Below are positions 32,163 through 45,000 of a stretch of DNA of 64,000 bases, piece by piece. Where the stretch lies: the sequence record MK327928.1. One strand, given 5' to 3'. The position numbers and the translations under genes are program-made. Source of the stretch: Escherichia phage vB_EcoM_G2133. The first letter of the stretch is position 1. The number at the start of each line of letters is the position of its first letter. The notes beneath the pieces are model-generated. The model made no database searches. It was not told the DNA's origin and saw only the letters and a list, made by a program, of their open reading frames with translations.

Positions 32163-32216
32163 AAAGTCCTCATGTTATGTTAGTAAGACTACTATAACAC
32201 AACACGAGGGACTTGT
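32163..32216 (-). promoter_or_regulatory. Putative early promoter (copy of 16983-17030 element)
   Basis: tcatgttatgttagtaagactactataacacaacacgagggacttgtaaac is near-identical to the element at 16981-17030. Confidence 0.45.
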
Positions 32217-32223
32217 AAACAGC

Positions 32224-33811
<1,588 letters not shown>

Positions 33812-33819
33812 AATAAAAT

Positions 33820-33833
33820 GGGCCTTGCGGCCC
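33820..33833 (-). terminator. Hairpin gggccTTGCggccc after nrdB
   Basis: Perfect stem between nrdB stop and denA start. Confidence 0.5.
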
Positions 33834-33838
33834 ACTCC

Positions 33839-35017
33839 TTAAAAGTATTTTTTAAAACTCATCATAACTTTATCATCAACATCATTATCAATCTGTGCAA
33901 CAAGGTAAGATGACAATTCTACTTCTTGTGGCGCAGATTGAACATTATCAGAATTAAGATATTCACGAATCCAAGGATATGGATGTTTAACCGGAGCATC
34001 GGTAATTGGGCATGGAAGACCACACTGCTTCATACGAGATACAGTTAAGTAATCAATAAAGCTCCACATGCTATTTGTATTTAATCCAGGAACATCTCCA
34101 TCTTTAAATAAATGAACTGCCCAATCTTTTTCTTGGCGGTTAACTTCCATGAAAATATCAACTGCTTCTTGTTCACACTCTTGAGCAATTTTAACCCATT
34201 CATCGCCATCAGTGCCAAGTTGAAGTTGACGAATAATATATTGGGTGCCTTTAAGATGAAGCTGCTCATCACGCGCAATGAACTTCATAATCTTGGCATT
34301 ACCTTCCATGATTTCCATGTTCTTATGGAAGTTAAAAGTGCATGCGAAAGATACATAAAAACGAATAGCTTCTAAGGCATTAATAACGTGCAAACAGAGG
34401 TAAAGAGATTTCATTAAAGCACGTTTAGCTTCGGCTTCTTGTTTAATAGCTCGGTTTAAACGAAAGTCGGCATCAGGAGATTCTTTAGATAGTTCTACAA
34501 ATTCTTTAGCATTTTCCCATTCACGAGTTTTAATCAGAACATCATCATAATAACGTCCAATGGATTCAGCACGTTTCATAATAGCTTCATCTAATACAAT
34601 CTCATCAAATACCTTCGATGGATCAGTATAAAGATTTCGCATGATATGTGTATATGAACGACTGTGAATAGTTTCACTAAAAGTCCATGTAGCAACCCAC
34701 GTATCAAGGCTTGGGTCTGAAATTAATGACATAAGTACAGCAGACGGCGCACGACCCTGAATGCTATCCAAAAGTGATTGATACTTCAAGTTGTTAGTAA
34801 AAATATTTTGCTGATACTGAGGAAGCTTATTAAACTGTGCAGCATCCATCATTAAGTTTACTTCTTCCGGGCGCCAGAAAAATGATAAGGACTTCTCTGT
34901 AAGTTCTTCAAATACTCGATGCCGTTGAATATCATAACGCGCAATACCAAGACCTGAACCAAAAAACATAGGTTCTTTTAAAACATCAACTGGGTTTGTA
35001 TTAAAAACTGTGCTCAT
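33839..35017 (-). CDS. nrdB: Ribonucleotide reductase small subunit NrdB (uninterrupted)
   Basis: 392-aa continuous ORF; di-iron/tyrosyl radical family. Confidence 0.9.
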   Translation of the reverse strand: MSTVFNTNPVDVLKEPMFFGSGLGIARYDIQRHRVFEELTEKSLSFFWRPEEVNLMMDAAQFNKLPQYQQNIFTNNLKYQSLLDSIQGRAPSAVLMSLISDPSLDTWVATWTFSETIHSRSYTHIMRNLYTDPSKVFDEIVLDEAIMKRAESIGRYYDDVLIKTREWENAKEFVELSKESPDADFRLNRAIKQEAEAKRALMKSLYLCLHVINALEAIRFYVSFACTFNFHKNMEIMEGNAKIMKFIARDEQLHLKGTQYIIRQLQLGTDGDEWVKIAQECEQEAVDIFMEVNRQEKDWAVHLFKDGDVPGLNTNSMWSFIDYLTVSRMKQCGLPCPITDAPVKHPYPWIREYLNSDNVQSAPQEVELSSYLVAQIDNDVDDKVMMSFKKYF

Positions 35018-35068
35018 AAATTTTCCACTTAGTTAATAGTTGGTGACTCGTCCGTGAGTCAAATTATA

Positions 35069-37333
35069 TCATAATTTACAGGATGAACAATCTTCAGCTT
35101 TTGGAGTTTCTATTTCATAATCATCAGTACCGGAACCATCACGAGTATTATGATAATAGAAGTTTTTAATGCCATAATACCATCCGTATAGCATGTCATC
35201 AATCATTATTGACATTGGAACCTTTCCTTTTGGAAAAATCTGCGGGTCATAGTATGTATTCGCTGAAGCTGATTGACATACCCATTTCAGCATAATAGCT
35301 ACCTGCGTAAGATAAGGTTTATTACCTTTCTTAGCTAATTTCCATGTATAATCATAGAGGTCTATGTTATGCTCAATATTGGGCACGACTTGATTAAAGG
35401 AGCCCTCTTTTGATTCTTTAACAGAGACTGGTCCACGTGGAGGCTCGATACCGTTTGTACTGTTAGAAACTTGGGAAGATGACTCACATGGCATAAGTGC
35501 TGATAATGTGCTATTACGGATGCCAAAGAGCTTAAGGTCTTCCCGCAGCGACGACCAGTCACAAACGTATTTTGGAGCTGCGATTTGGTCAATCTTTTTA
35601 TTGTACCAGTCGATAGGTAATTCGCCTCGAGACCAACGAGTGTCTGAATAATATTCGCAAGGTCCTTTTTCTTTGGCGAGCTTAATGGATGCTTTAATGA
35701 GTCCATACTGTAATCTCTCAAATAGTTCATGTGTTAAATCGTTAGCATCTTCATAAGAAGCAAAGTTACTTGCCAGCCAAGCCGCATAGTTGGTAACACC
35801 TACACCGAGGTTACGACGCTTTTTAGCTTTTTCTGCTTCAGGAACTGGATATCCTTGGTAATCCAAAAGATTATCAAGAGCACGAACTTGAACTTCTGCC
35901 AATTCATTAATTTTATCTTGGTCTTGCCAGTCAAAATTATCTAATACGAATGCAGAGAGAGTACACAATCCAATTTCGGCATCAGGACTATTCACATCAT
36001 TTGTTGGAATAGCAATTTCACAACACAAGTTACTCTGACGAATAGGTGCCTTTTCACGAATAAATGGAGTATAGTTATTCGTATTATCAATGAACTGCAC
36101 ATAAATCCTTGCTGTTCCTGAGCGTTCAGTCATGAGCAATTCAAACAGTTCACGGGCTTTAATACGCTTTTTACGAATATTAGGATCTTTTTCTGCTGCT
36201 TCGTATAATTCACGGAAACGGTCTTGGTCTTTAAAATAAGAATAATAAAGTTCGCCACCCATTTCATGCGGACTGAACAAAGTAATGTAATCATTCTTTC
36301 CGAATCGTTCCATCATTAGGTCATTCAGTTGAACGCCATAATCCATATGACGGATACGGTTTTCTTCTACGCCTTTGTTATTTTTCAAAACGAGAAGATT
36401 TTCAACTTCCAAATGCCAAATAGGATAATAAGCAGTAGCAGCGCCGCCACGAATTCCACCCTGTGAACATGATTTAACAGCAGTCTGAAAATGTTTCCAA
36501 AAAGGAATAACACCAGTATGGCGTACTTCACCCATGCCAATCTTAGAACCTTCGGCACGAATCATACCAACGTTAATACCAATTCCAGCACGTTTAGAGA
36601 TATATTCAACAATTGAAGCGGAAGCCTTATTGATAGACTTCAATGAATCACCTGCCTCAATAACAACACATGAACTAAACTGTCGAGTCGGAGTACGACA
36701 ACCAGCCATAATAGGAGTTGGCAATGAAATCTGTCGAGTAGATACTGCTTCATAAAAACGAATAACGTGTTTTAATCTATCAACAGGTTCATCTTGATGC
36801 AATGCCATTCCAATAGTCATAAATGCAAACTGTGGAGTTTCATAAATTTGACCAGTGGTTTTATCTTTAACTAAATATTTTTCTTTTAATTGCATCGCCC
36901 CGGAATAAGTAAATTCCATATCCCGCTCGTGCTTAATTTTTGATTCTAAAAATGTAATTTCTTCTGCTGAATATTTTGACAATAATTCAGAGTCATATTT
37001 ACCTGCATTTACACAGTAAGAAATATGGTCAATAAATGAACGTGGTTCATACTGTCCATAAACATGCTTACGAAGAGCAAACATTAAACAGCGTGCAGCT
37101 ACATATTGATAATCAGGCTCTTCAACCGAAATAGAATTCGCAGCGGCCTTAATGACAATAGTCTGAATATCATCAGTTGTCATTCCATCACGGAGATAAG
37201 ATTTAATATTTTCATATAATTCATAAGGATCTACTGATGTTCCTTCAGCTGCCCAAGATAAAACTTTAATAATTTTTTGTGGGTCAAAGCTCTGAGAAAC
37301 ACCACTACTTTTGATAACATTAATTAATTGCAT
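35069..37333 (-). CDS. nrdA: Ribonucleotide reductase large subunit NrdA
   Basis: 754 aa; C-terminal CSSCKL-type tail. Confidence 0.9.
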   Translation of the reverse strand: MQLINVIKSSGVSQSFDPQKIIKVLSWAAEGTSVDPYELYENIKSYLRDGMTTDDIQTIVIKAAANSISVEEPDYQYVAARCLMFALRKHVYGQYEPRSFIDHISYCVNAGKYDSELLSKYSAEEITFLESKIKHERDMEFTYSGAMQLKEKYLVKDKTTGQIYETPQFAFMTIGMALHQDEPVDRLKHVIRFYEAVSTRQISLPTPIMAGCRTPTRQFSSCVVIEAGDSLKSINKASASIVEYISKRAGIGINVGMIRAEGSKIGMGEVRHTGVIPFWKHFQTAVKSCSQGGIRGGAATAYYPIWHLEVENLLVLKNNKGVEENRIRHMDYGVQLNDLMMERFGKNDYITLFSPHEMGGELYYSYFKDQDRFRELYEAAEKDPNIRKKRIKARELFELLMTERSGTARIYVQFIDNTNNYTPFIREKAPIRQSNLCCEIAIPTNDVNSPDAEIGLCTLSAFVLDNFDWQDQDKINELAEVQVRALDNLLDYQGYPVPEAEKAKKRRNLGVGVTNYAAWLASNFASYEDANDLTHELFERLQYGLIKASIKLAKEKGPCEYYSDTRWSRGELPIDWYNKKIDQIAAPKYVCDWSSLREDLKLFGIRNSTLSALMPCESSSQVSNSTNGIEPPRGPVSVKESKEGSFNQVVPNIEHNIDLYDYTWKLAKKGNKPYLTQVAIMLKWVCQSASANTYYDPQIFPKGKVPMSIMIDDMLYGWYYGIKNFYYHNTRDGSGTDDYEIETPKAEDCSSCKL

Positions 37334-37650
37334 AAGTCCTCAACTTGAAAATCGTCTTTAAACAATCGGTTAACTATATGAGCTATTATATCACCATGAC
37401 ACGGCTTTGGTTTACATGTGCATCCTAGCCTCATTCCACGTAAAGGCTCTAAATGTGCTTTAGTTATTTCTCCGGATTTAATTCGACGTATAAAATCTTT
37501 TTTGAATAATTCAATGGCAGCCTCCCGGCTGCCAGCATCTTTACCGACGTAATTTCCCCAAAATGTACCGCGGTGAATATTAACATCAAAGTCGGATTTG
37601 TATTTATTCACTACCCGGCATAGACGGCCCACGCTGGAATAATTCGTCAT
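37324..37650 (-). CDS. Hypothetical protein (nrdA.1-like)
   Basis: 108-aa ORF. Confidence 0.5.
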
Positions 37651-37867
37651 ATTGTTTTTCCGTTAAAACAGTAATATCGTAGTAACAATCGGAAGAAGTT
37701 TTAACTGTGGAAATTTTATTGTCAAAATACTCACGAGTCATTTTATGAGTATAGTATTTTTTACCATAAATGGTAATAGGCTGTTCTGGTCCTGGAACTT
37801 CTAACTCGCTTGGATTAGGAAGTGTAAAAAGAACAACACCAGAAGTATCTTTAAATCGTAAAATCAT
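37604..37867 (-). CDS. Hypothetical protein (nrdA.2-like)
   Basis: 87-aa ORF. Confidence 0.5.
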
Positions 37868-38175
37868 ATTGCCATTTTCCCTTTAATTGCTGGATGCGAT
37901 TCATAATTTTCAAGGATAAAATCTTTCGGTTTCATGTATTCAGTTAACCAGTAAAGCTGTGTTTCGGTGTCACAATTTCCAAACTCTACAGGCCAATCAA
38001 TTTTAAGTTCACACAGTTCTTTAGGCTCACGACGTAAAATTTCTTTACATTGCTCAGTATGATTCATATAGATATGAGTATTACCACCGGAAAATATCAA
38101 ATCTCCCGGAATAAGATTACACATCTTAGCCACAATATGCGTCAAGGCAGCGTACGAGGCAATGTTGAATGGTAG
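37864..38175 (-). CDS. td: Thymidylate synthase, exon 2
   Basis: Encodes [16 protein letters not shown]… (TS C-terminal half); begins right after the intron 3' end …acataatg. Confidence 0.9.
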
Positions 38176-39191
38176 CATTATGTTCAGATAAGGTCGTTAA
38201 TCTTACCCCGGAATTATATCCAGCTACATGTCACCATGCAGAGCAGACTATATCTCCAACTTGTTAAAGCAAGTTGTCTATCGTTTCGAGTCACTTGACC
38301 CTACTCCCCAAAGGGATAGTCGTTAGGCATTTATGTAGAACCAATTCCATTTATCAGATTTTACACGATAAGTAACTAATCCAGACGAAATTTTAAAATG
38401 TCTAGCTGCATCTGCTGCACATTCAAAAATAACCCCATCACATGAAATCTTTTTAATATTACTAGGCTTTTTACCTTTCATCTTTTCTGATATTTTAGAT
38501 TTAGTTATGTCTGAATGCTTATGATTAAAGAATGAATTATTTTCACCTGAACGATTTCTGCATTTACTACAAGTATAAGCAGAAGTTTGTATGCGAACAC
38601 CGCACTTACAAAACTTATGGGTTTCTGGATTCCAACGCCCATTTTTACTTCCGGGTTTACTGTAAAGAGCTTTCCGACCATCAGGTCCAAGTTTAAGCAT
38701 CTTAGCTTTAACAGTTTCAGAACGTTTCTTAATAATTTCTTCTTTTAATGGATGCGTAGAACATGTATCACCAAACGTTGCATCAGCAATATTGTATCCA
38801 TTAATTTTAGAATTAAGCTCTTTAATCCAAAAATTTTCTCGTTCAATAATCAAATCTTTCTCATATGGAATTTCTTCCAAAATAGAACATTCAAACACAT
38901 TACCATGTTTGTTAAAAGACCTCTGAAGTTTTATAGAAGAATGGCATCCTTTTTCTAAATCTTTAAAATGCCTCTTCCATCTCTTTTCAAAATCTTTAGC
39001 ACTTCCTACATATACTTTATTGTTTAAAGTATTTTTAATCTGATAAATTCCGCTTTTCATAAATACCTCTTTGAATATAGAAGTATTTATTAAAGGGCAG
39101 TCCTACAATTTAGCACGGGATTGTCTACTAGAGAGTTTCCCCGTTTAGATAGATTACAAGTATAAGTCACCTTATACTCAGGCCTCAATTA
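38176..39191 (-). mobile_element. Group I self-splicing intron in td (1016 nt)
   Basis: 5' end taattgaggcctgagtataaggtg… directly after exon-1 codon ggt; 3' end …ttaacgaccttatctgaacataatg; carries I-TevI ORF. Confidence 0.9.
38323..39060 (-). CDS. Intron-encoded homing endonuclease I-TevI (GIY-YIG)
   Basis: 245 aa; MKSGIYQIKNTLNNKVYVGSAKDFEKRWKRH…; located inside the td intron. Confidence 0.9.
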   Translation of the reverse strand: MKSGIYQIKNTLNNKVYVGSAKDFEKRWKRHFKDLEKGCHSSIKLQRSFNKHGNVFECSILEEIPYEKDLIIERENFWIKELNSKINGYNIADATFGDTCSTHPLKEEIIKKRSETVKAKMLKLGPDGRKALYSKPGSKNGRWNPETHKFCKCGVRIQTSAYTCSKCRNRSGENNSFFNHKHSDITKSKISEKMKGKKPSNIKKISCDGVIFECAADAARHFKISSGLVTYRVKSDKWNWFYINA

Positions 39192-40333
<1,142 letters not shown>

Positions 40334-40363
40334 TTAATTGAAAACGAATGCTTTTGGATAATT

Positions 40364-40684
40364 TCAATGACATATATTATTTTCCTTAAACAGACTTTTC
40401 ACAATTTTCCAATCAGCTTTAAACTGTTCAACGTCAGAATGGTAAATCCAGAATCCTGCGCTTTCTCCATCCTCATAAAGAGGGCATCCATCACATTCAT
40501 CTTCCCATCCCATATCACGCAAAAGACGTTCAGCTTTTTCAACAAGTTCAGAATCTTTACCAATAATATTAAAATACCATTTACCTCTAACTTCTGAATC
40601 TTTGATACTCTGACGTTGTAATCTCATTTTATTCTCCTTAGTTGATAAGGCTATAGTATCACTACCATAGCCTGTTGTAAACAA
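40364..40684 (-). CDS. Hypothetical protein (start uncertain)
   Basis: 106-aa ORF. Confidence 0.45.
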   Translation of the reverse strand: MFTTGYGSDTIALSTKENKMRLQRQSIKDSEVRGKWYFNIIGKDSELVEKAERLLRDMGWEDECDGCPLYEDGESAGFWIYHSDVEQFKADWKIVKSLFKENNICH

Positions 40685-40978
40685 TTATTTTTGAATTTTA
40701 TCGAGCCACTTACCAAGCTTAATCATTTCTTTAGTAGCCTTTTCCATACTTCTGAACTTAACCAATAGAGGATAGGTATCGACACCCATAACTAAACTGG
40801 TTACAAGACTGTGTTCACCCACAAGCCATAACGAATACGTTTGAATATCGAGCCCGTAATTTCTGTCTTTGTGGACCCGTACACCTATCACTTCAAATTT
40901 CTCACTAGCTTTTTCTACCGCATCCAGGAAATCATCTTTAGTCATATTAGGCCTTAAAAGTTTTTCGCAAAAGTTCAA
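40685..40978 (-). CDS. Hypothetical protein
   Basis: 97-aa ORF. Confidence 0.45.
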   Translation of the reverse strand: MNFCEKLLRPNMTKDDFLDAVEKASEKFEVIGVRVHKDRNYGLDIQTYSLWLVGEHSLVTSLVMGVDTYPLLVKFRSMEKATKEMIKLGKWLDKIQK

Positions 40979-41312
40979 TGATTTCGTCTACATTGTTTTC
41001 ATCTACAATGCAGTGAATTTTTGTTACGCCAGAAACCTTGTCTTTGACTTCATCTTCTTCAGAAGTCGGTTCTTTATACTCGCGAAAACAATGAAATTCG
41101 TCTTCACAAACGTTAAAGTAAAAATGCTTTCCATTTGCGCATTCAATGTGTTTTATTACTCTAAATCCATCAACAAAGAAAGCTTCTTTAACTTCAAACC
41201 ATCCGCCATTTTCTTGAATAATTTTAACTATTGCTGAATTAGAACGTGGACGATAATTAATAAATGTATCAATAAGTCTTGGAACAAGTTCATACTTTTT
41301 ACCGATATACAT
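40947..41312 (-). CDS. Hypothetical protein
   Basis: 121-aa ORF. Confidence 0.45.
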   Translation of the reverse strand: MYIGKKYELVPRLIDTFINYRPRSNSAIVKIIQENGGWFEVKEAFFVDGFRVIKHIECANGKHFYFNVCEDEFHCFREYKEPTSEEDEVKDKVSGVTKIHCIVDENNVDEIIELLRKTFKA

Positions 41313-41357
41313 TTTCTTTTCCTCATTTTAATAGGGGCTATTATAGCCCCTTGATAA

Positions 41358-41585
41358 TTACTGTTCAATAAATCCTGTGTAAAATTCTACATCTTCAGCA
41401 TCCATACCGTCGCAGTATTCATTAACCATAAACTGTTTAAGACGATTTAAAGGACCTTCAATAACAACTGAAACATTACAATTAGGATCATTTAGTGCGC
41501 TTATGATACTAAGTTCAGGATAACGATTACGAATAATTTCTTCAATATATTCAAAATCAACAACATCAATATCAATTTTAGCCAT
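41358..41585 (-). CDS. Hypothetical acidic protein
   Basis: 75-aa ORF. Confidence 0.45.
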   Translation of the reverse strand: MAKIDIDVVDFEYIEEIIRNRYPELSIISALNDPNCNVSVVIEGPLNRLKQFMVNEYCDGMDAEDVEFYTGFIEQ

Positions 41586-41620
41586 ATTATTTTCCTCTTT
41601 AATTATCAGCAGTATTGTCG

Positions 41621-41680
41621 ATAGTTGTATAGTACCACATTATGCTTTGGTTGTAAACCGTTTGTGAAAAAATTTTTGAA
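41621..41680 (-). promoter_or_regulatory. Putative early promoter with A/T-rich upstream element
   Basis: Minus strand: T/A tract, GTTTACA, about 17 nt, tggTACTAT; member of a repeated family (also 58285-58345, 61921-61985). Confidence 0.5.
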
Positions 41681-41688
41681 ATAAAAAA

Positions 41689-41707
41689 GGGGACCTCTAG
41701 GGTCCCC
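41689..41707 (-). terminator. Hairpin ggggaccTCTAGggtcccc downstream of gene 32
   Basis: 7-bp GC stem; A-run on plus side gives U-run on the minus transcript. Confidence 0.65.
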
Positions 41708-41729
41708 AATTAATTAGTAATATAATCTA

Positions 41730-42635
41730 TTAAAGGTCATTCAAAAGGTCATCCAGGTCCGTGTCATCAGCACTAGATGAACTGCCAGAGCTTGAGCTCA
41801 TAAAATCATCTTCAGTTTTTGTTTTGAAGTCATCAACATTGAATGCATCCAAATCATCAGCAACTTTATCAGCTTTCTTAGCAGCAGTCGCTGCGGCACC
41901 GCCCATCACAGCAGTTCCCATGACTTGACCGAATTTAGTGCTCAGTTCTTCAAACGATTTGAATTTATCTTTAGAAGTCATTTCAGAAAGGTCAACCATT
42001 TGTTCGAACAGTTCTTTCTGGAAAGATTTATCGTCAATGTTTGGAATCGCAGATTGATTCAGGAATTTAGATTCATCGTAGTTACTAAATCCAGAAACCT
42101 GTTTAACTTTCAGTACAAAGTTAGCACCTTCCCACGGACAAGTTACATCAACCGGAGTTTCACCCATTTCAACATCAACCGCAATCATTGCATTGATTTT
42201 ATCCCAGATTTTCTTACCGAAACGGTATTTAAATACTTTACCTTCGTTTTCTGGAGCAGCTGGGTCTTTTACAACAAGAATGTTAGCCCAGTAAGAAGTT
42301 TTACGTTTAACAAGACTGTACTCTTTATTGTCAGTGTTGTACAGATCATTTTTACTGATGTATTGACATACTGGGCAAGAATCGTAATCACCGTGGGTAG
42401 ATGAACATGTTTCAATATACCATTTGCCATTTTTCTTGAAACCGTGATTTACAAGAATTGCAAATGGTGCTTGTTCATCATTTTTAGACGGAAGAAAACG
42501 AATTACTGCTTGACCGTTACCCGCATTATCGAGTTTCAGTTTCCACTCGCCTTTATCTTCAGAAGAAAAACCTTTATTGCCATTCAGTTTAGCCATTTGT
42601 GCAGCGAGTTCAGCAGTAGATTTACGTTTAAACAT
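41730..42635 (-). CDS. 32: Single-stranded DNA-binding protein gp32
   Basis: 301 aa; zinc ligands in …[11 protein letters not shown]…; acidic Ser/Asp-rich C-terminus. Confidence 0.95.
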
Positions 42636-42718
42636 TTTTATTTCCTTTTTAATTTAATTAACAGTTGGTGCTATGACGATGTATGACCTCATAGCTGGTC
42701 AGTAAGATAATTATAATC

Positions 42719-42726
42719 TATTTATA
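42719..42726 (-). promoter_or_regulatory. Late promoter TATAAATA (minus strand) upstream of the gene 32 leader
   Basis: Plus tatttata about 84 nt upstream of gp32 ATG. Confidence 0.5.
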
Positions 42727-42734
42727 ATAAGCAA

Positions 42735-43388
42735 TTAATACTTGCAAGATTTCACAGTTTCAATGAAAACACTTTTAGCTTTCTGTGAATCAATATTTAA
42801 AATTTTTCTATAAGCCTTTAACTTTATAGAATAATTATTCCAGACTAAATTATCAGTCTGTTCATCATGTTTATCAATTATATTTAAAAATGAATCAAGC
42901 AAGATAAACGTCTCAAACGAAATTATGTTCGATTGCAGAAGTTTAAAAATATAACTTGACTGAACCTTTGGATTATATTCAAAGATTTCTTTAAAAGCAG
43001 AAACTTCAACTTTTTTACTAAAATAATAAATGTTGCGAATATCTTCTTCAAACTTAAATTTAATTTGCTTTAAGCGTCCGATATATTCACGATAAAACAC
43101 AAGTGCATCAGCGTCAGAGATGTCACCAATCCAGGCATCTTGGTTAGCAACCAAATTGCTTATAAAGATTAAAGCAAGTTCCTTTAATTTATATTTTTCT
43201 GATAACTTCTGGAAAAAATACTTATCCCTTCGCTTTTGATAAGCGGCATCAGACACCCGCATGCACCAATTATACTTAATTACATCATACTTTCCATTCA
43301 TATGTTGTTTTATCATTAAGTATAATTTATAAACTGATTTACCATCAATATATCTTTCACCACCAGCAGGCATGCGGAGTTTAATCAT
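42735..43388 (-). CDS. 59: Helicase loader gp59
   Basis: 217 aa; position upstream of gene 32. Confidence 0.85.
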   Translation of the reverse strand: MIKLRMPAGGERYIDGKSVYKLYLMIKQHMNGKYDVIKYNWCMRVSDAAYQKRRDKYFFQKLSEKYKLKELALIFISNLVANQDAWIGDISDADALVFYREYIGRLKQIKFKFEEDIRNIYYFSKKVEVSAFKEIFEYNPKVQSSYIFKLLQSNIISFETFILLDSFLNIIDKHDEQTDNLVWNNYSIKLKAYRKILNIDSQKAKSVFIETVKSCKY

Positions 43389-43723
43389 AGTAGAAAATCT
43401 AATGTATTAGTTTTTTCACAACGAACAACAGAAGGACGTAAAAGATTTTCGTCGATAGCTTCTGACTGAATTTTTTCAATTATACCCGAAGGAATAAATT
43501 TAGCAAATTGAGTTTCAGGAATAGAATTTTCTTCCAAGAATGCTGTCGTAGCTTCAAGATAACTCATTCCAAACTCTTCTACCATTTTTTCAATAATAAA
43601 TCCATTTTCTTGACGATCAAGAAGCTTTGCTATTTCATCCTTTTCTTTCTTAATTGAAAGTTCTTTTTCTGAAAGACCGGTCTCATCGACCGGACGAATA
43701 TCATTTAGAGAAAACTGCGTCAT
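43385..43723 (-). CDS. 33: Late transcription co-activator gp33
   Basis: 112 aa from Met-4 of the ORF. Confidence 0.75.
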   Translation of the reverse strand: MTQFSLNDIRPVDETGLSEKELSIKKEKDEIAKLLDRQENGFIIEKMVEEFGMSYLEATTAFLEENSIPETQFAKFIPSGIIEKIQSEAIDENLLRPSVVRCEKTNTLDFLL

Positions 43724-43970
43724 AAAGTTCAACTACCTCTTCAGTTTCAGCTTCAAACACATCACGGTTATCTTTATGATACAAAGCTAATAGACGATTA
43801 AACATCTTACCATCAACGCCAAGTTCATCTTTGGCACGAATTCGAATATCTTTAATCAGTTCATTATAACCGGAAATTTTCAGTTTATGATCAGATGCTT
43901 CTTTAATAAATTTAGCCAAGTCTTCGCCATGGATAGCTTCATCAAATTCAACCATTTCTTTTTTAGCCAT
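43701..43970 (-). CDS. dsbA: DsbA double-stranded DNA-binding protein
   Basis: 89 aa; position between rnh and gene 33. Confidence 0.7.
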   Translation of the reverse strand: MAKKEMVEFDEAIHGEDLAKFIKEASDHKLKISGYNELIKDIRIRAKDELGVDGKMFNRLLALYHKDNRDVFEAETEEVVELYDAVFSK

Positions 43971-43978
43971 TATTCACC

Positions 43979-44896
43979 TCAAAATTCATTAATGCTATTA
44001 GTTAATTTAGAAAGACCCGCTTTTACAAAATATGAATAAATTTTGCCACGCGGTGGTAATTTATATGAATTATAGTAATTCACAATGTTTGAAGCAATAT
44101 TATCAGGAATATAATCAAAATCAATTAGAACTAAATTTTCTTTATAACGATTATATTCAGATTCAGTGAGAAGCACCTTAGCTTGCTCACGGTCATTAGC
44201 AATAGCTTCAACGATTGAAGTTTTCATTGAAGGAGTTCGTTCACCTTCAACTCTAGTAAACCAAAAGTCAGATCGTACTTTAACTGAAGCAACGTTATCC
44301 TTTTTGTCGCCTTTAAGGATTTTAGTCATACAGTCAATTTCAGCAGAACCGCTTTTAATTTTAACCCATTTCTTATGCATCGGTGACCATTGCTTAACAT
44401 TTGGATATTTGTGAAGCTGTGTAAAGTCACCATCCGATGAAATGATTAAAATCTTATGTCCTTCTAAAGAGAACTTTTTAACAAGAACAGCAATGTGGTC
44501 ATCTGCTTCATACTTATCAATATCCATAACAATGTATGGCATATAAGCTTTCAATTCATCTATAACTTTATGACTGGATTCAAAATAACCTTCCCAGTCC
44601 CAAGTAGATTCTTCTCGTGCTTTTCCGCGGTTTTTCTTGTAATAGTAAGCAAAATCACGACGCCAATATCCAGATTTCGCATTATCAATACACAGTACAA
44701 TTTTAGTGTATCCAAGCGTTTTTGCTTTTTTGACATTAAACTTAATTGAGTTCAATATCAAATGACGAACCATTGATAAATTAATTTTTTCTTTATCTGG
44801 GAAGTTTACCAAAGCAGTTGAAAGCGCAATTTGACTAAAGTCAATAAAGCAAATTCCTTCTTTGTAATCTTCATCCAACATCATTTCTAAATCCAT
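43979..44896 (-). CDS. rnh: RNase H / 5'-3' flap exonuclease
   Basis: 305 aa from Met-6 (MDLEMMLDEDYKEG…); FEN-family acidic residues. Confidence 0.85.
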   Translation of the reverse strand: MDLEMMLDEDYKEGICFIDFSQIALSTALVNFPDKEKINLSMVRHLILNSIKFNVKKAKTLGYTKIVLCIDNAKSGYWRRDFAYYYKKNRGKAREESTWDWEGYFESSHKVIDELKAYMPYIVMDIDKYEADDHIAVLVKKFSLEGHKILIISSDGDFTQLHKYPNVKQWSPMHKKWVKIKSGSAEIDCMTKILKGDKKDNVASVKVRSDFWFTRVEGERTPSMKTSIVEAIANDREQAKVLLTESEYNRYKENLVLIDFDYIPDNIASNIVNYYNSYKLPPRGKIYSYFVKAGLSKLTNSINEF

Positions 44897-44958
44897 ATGA
44901 ACCTCGTTCAATTAGTGAGATTTCTATTATATACCATCCAAATCTTAAAGTAAACAAG

Positions 44959-44966
44959 TATAAATA
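44959..44966 (+). promoter_or_regulatory. Late promoter TATAAATA upstream of gene 34
   Basis: Exact TATAAATA 35 nt upstream of the gp34 ATG. Confidence 0.65.
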
Positions 44967-45000
44967 CTTATTATTGAAAACACAATAGGAGCCCGGGAGA

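Noticed and set aside
33839-35017. Possible group I intron in nrdB, as in T4
   Set aside because: The ORF is continuous (392 aa) with no interruption or embedded endonuclease ORF; only td carries an intron in this window.
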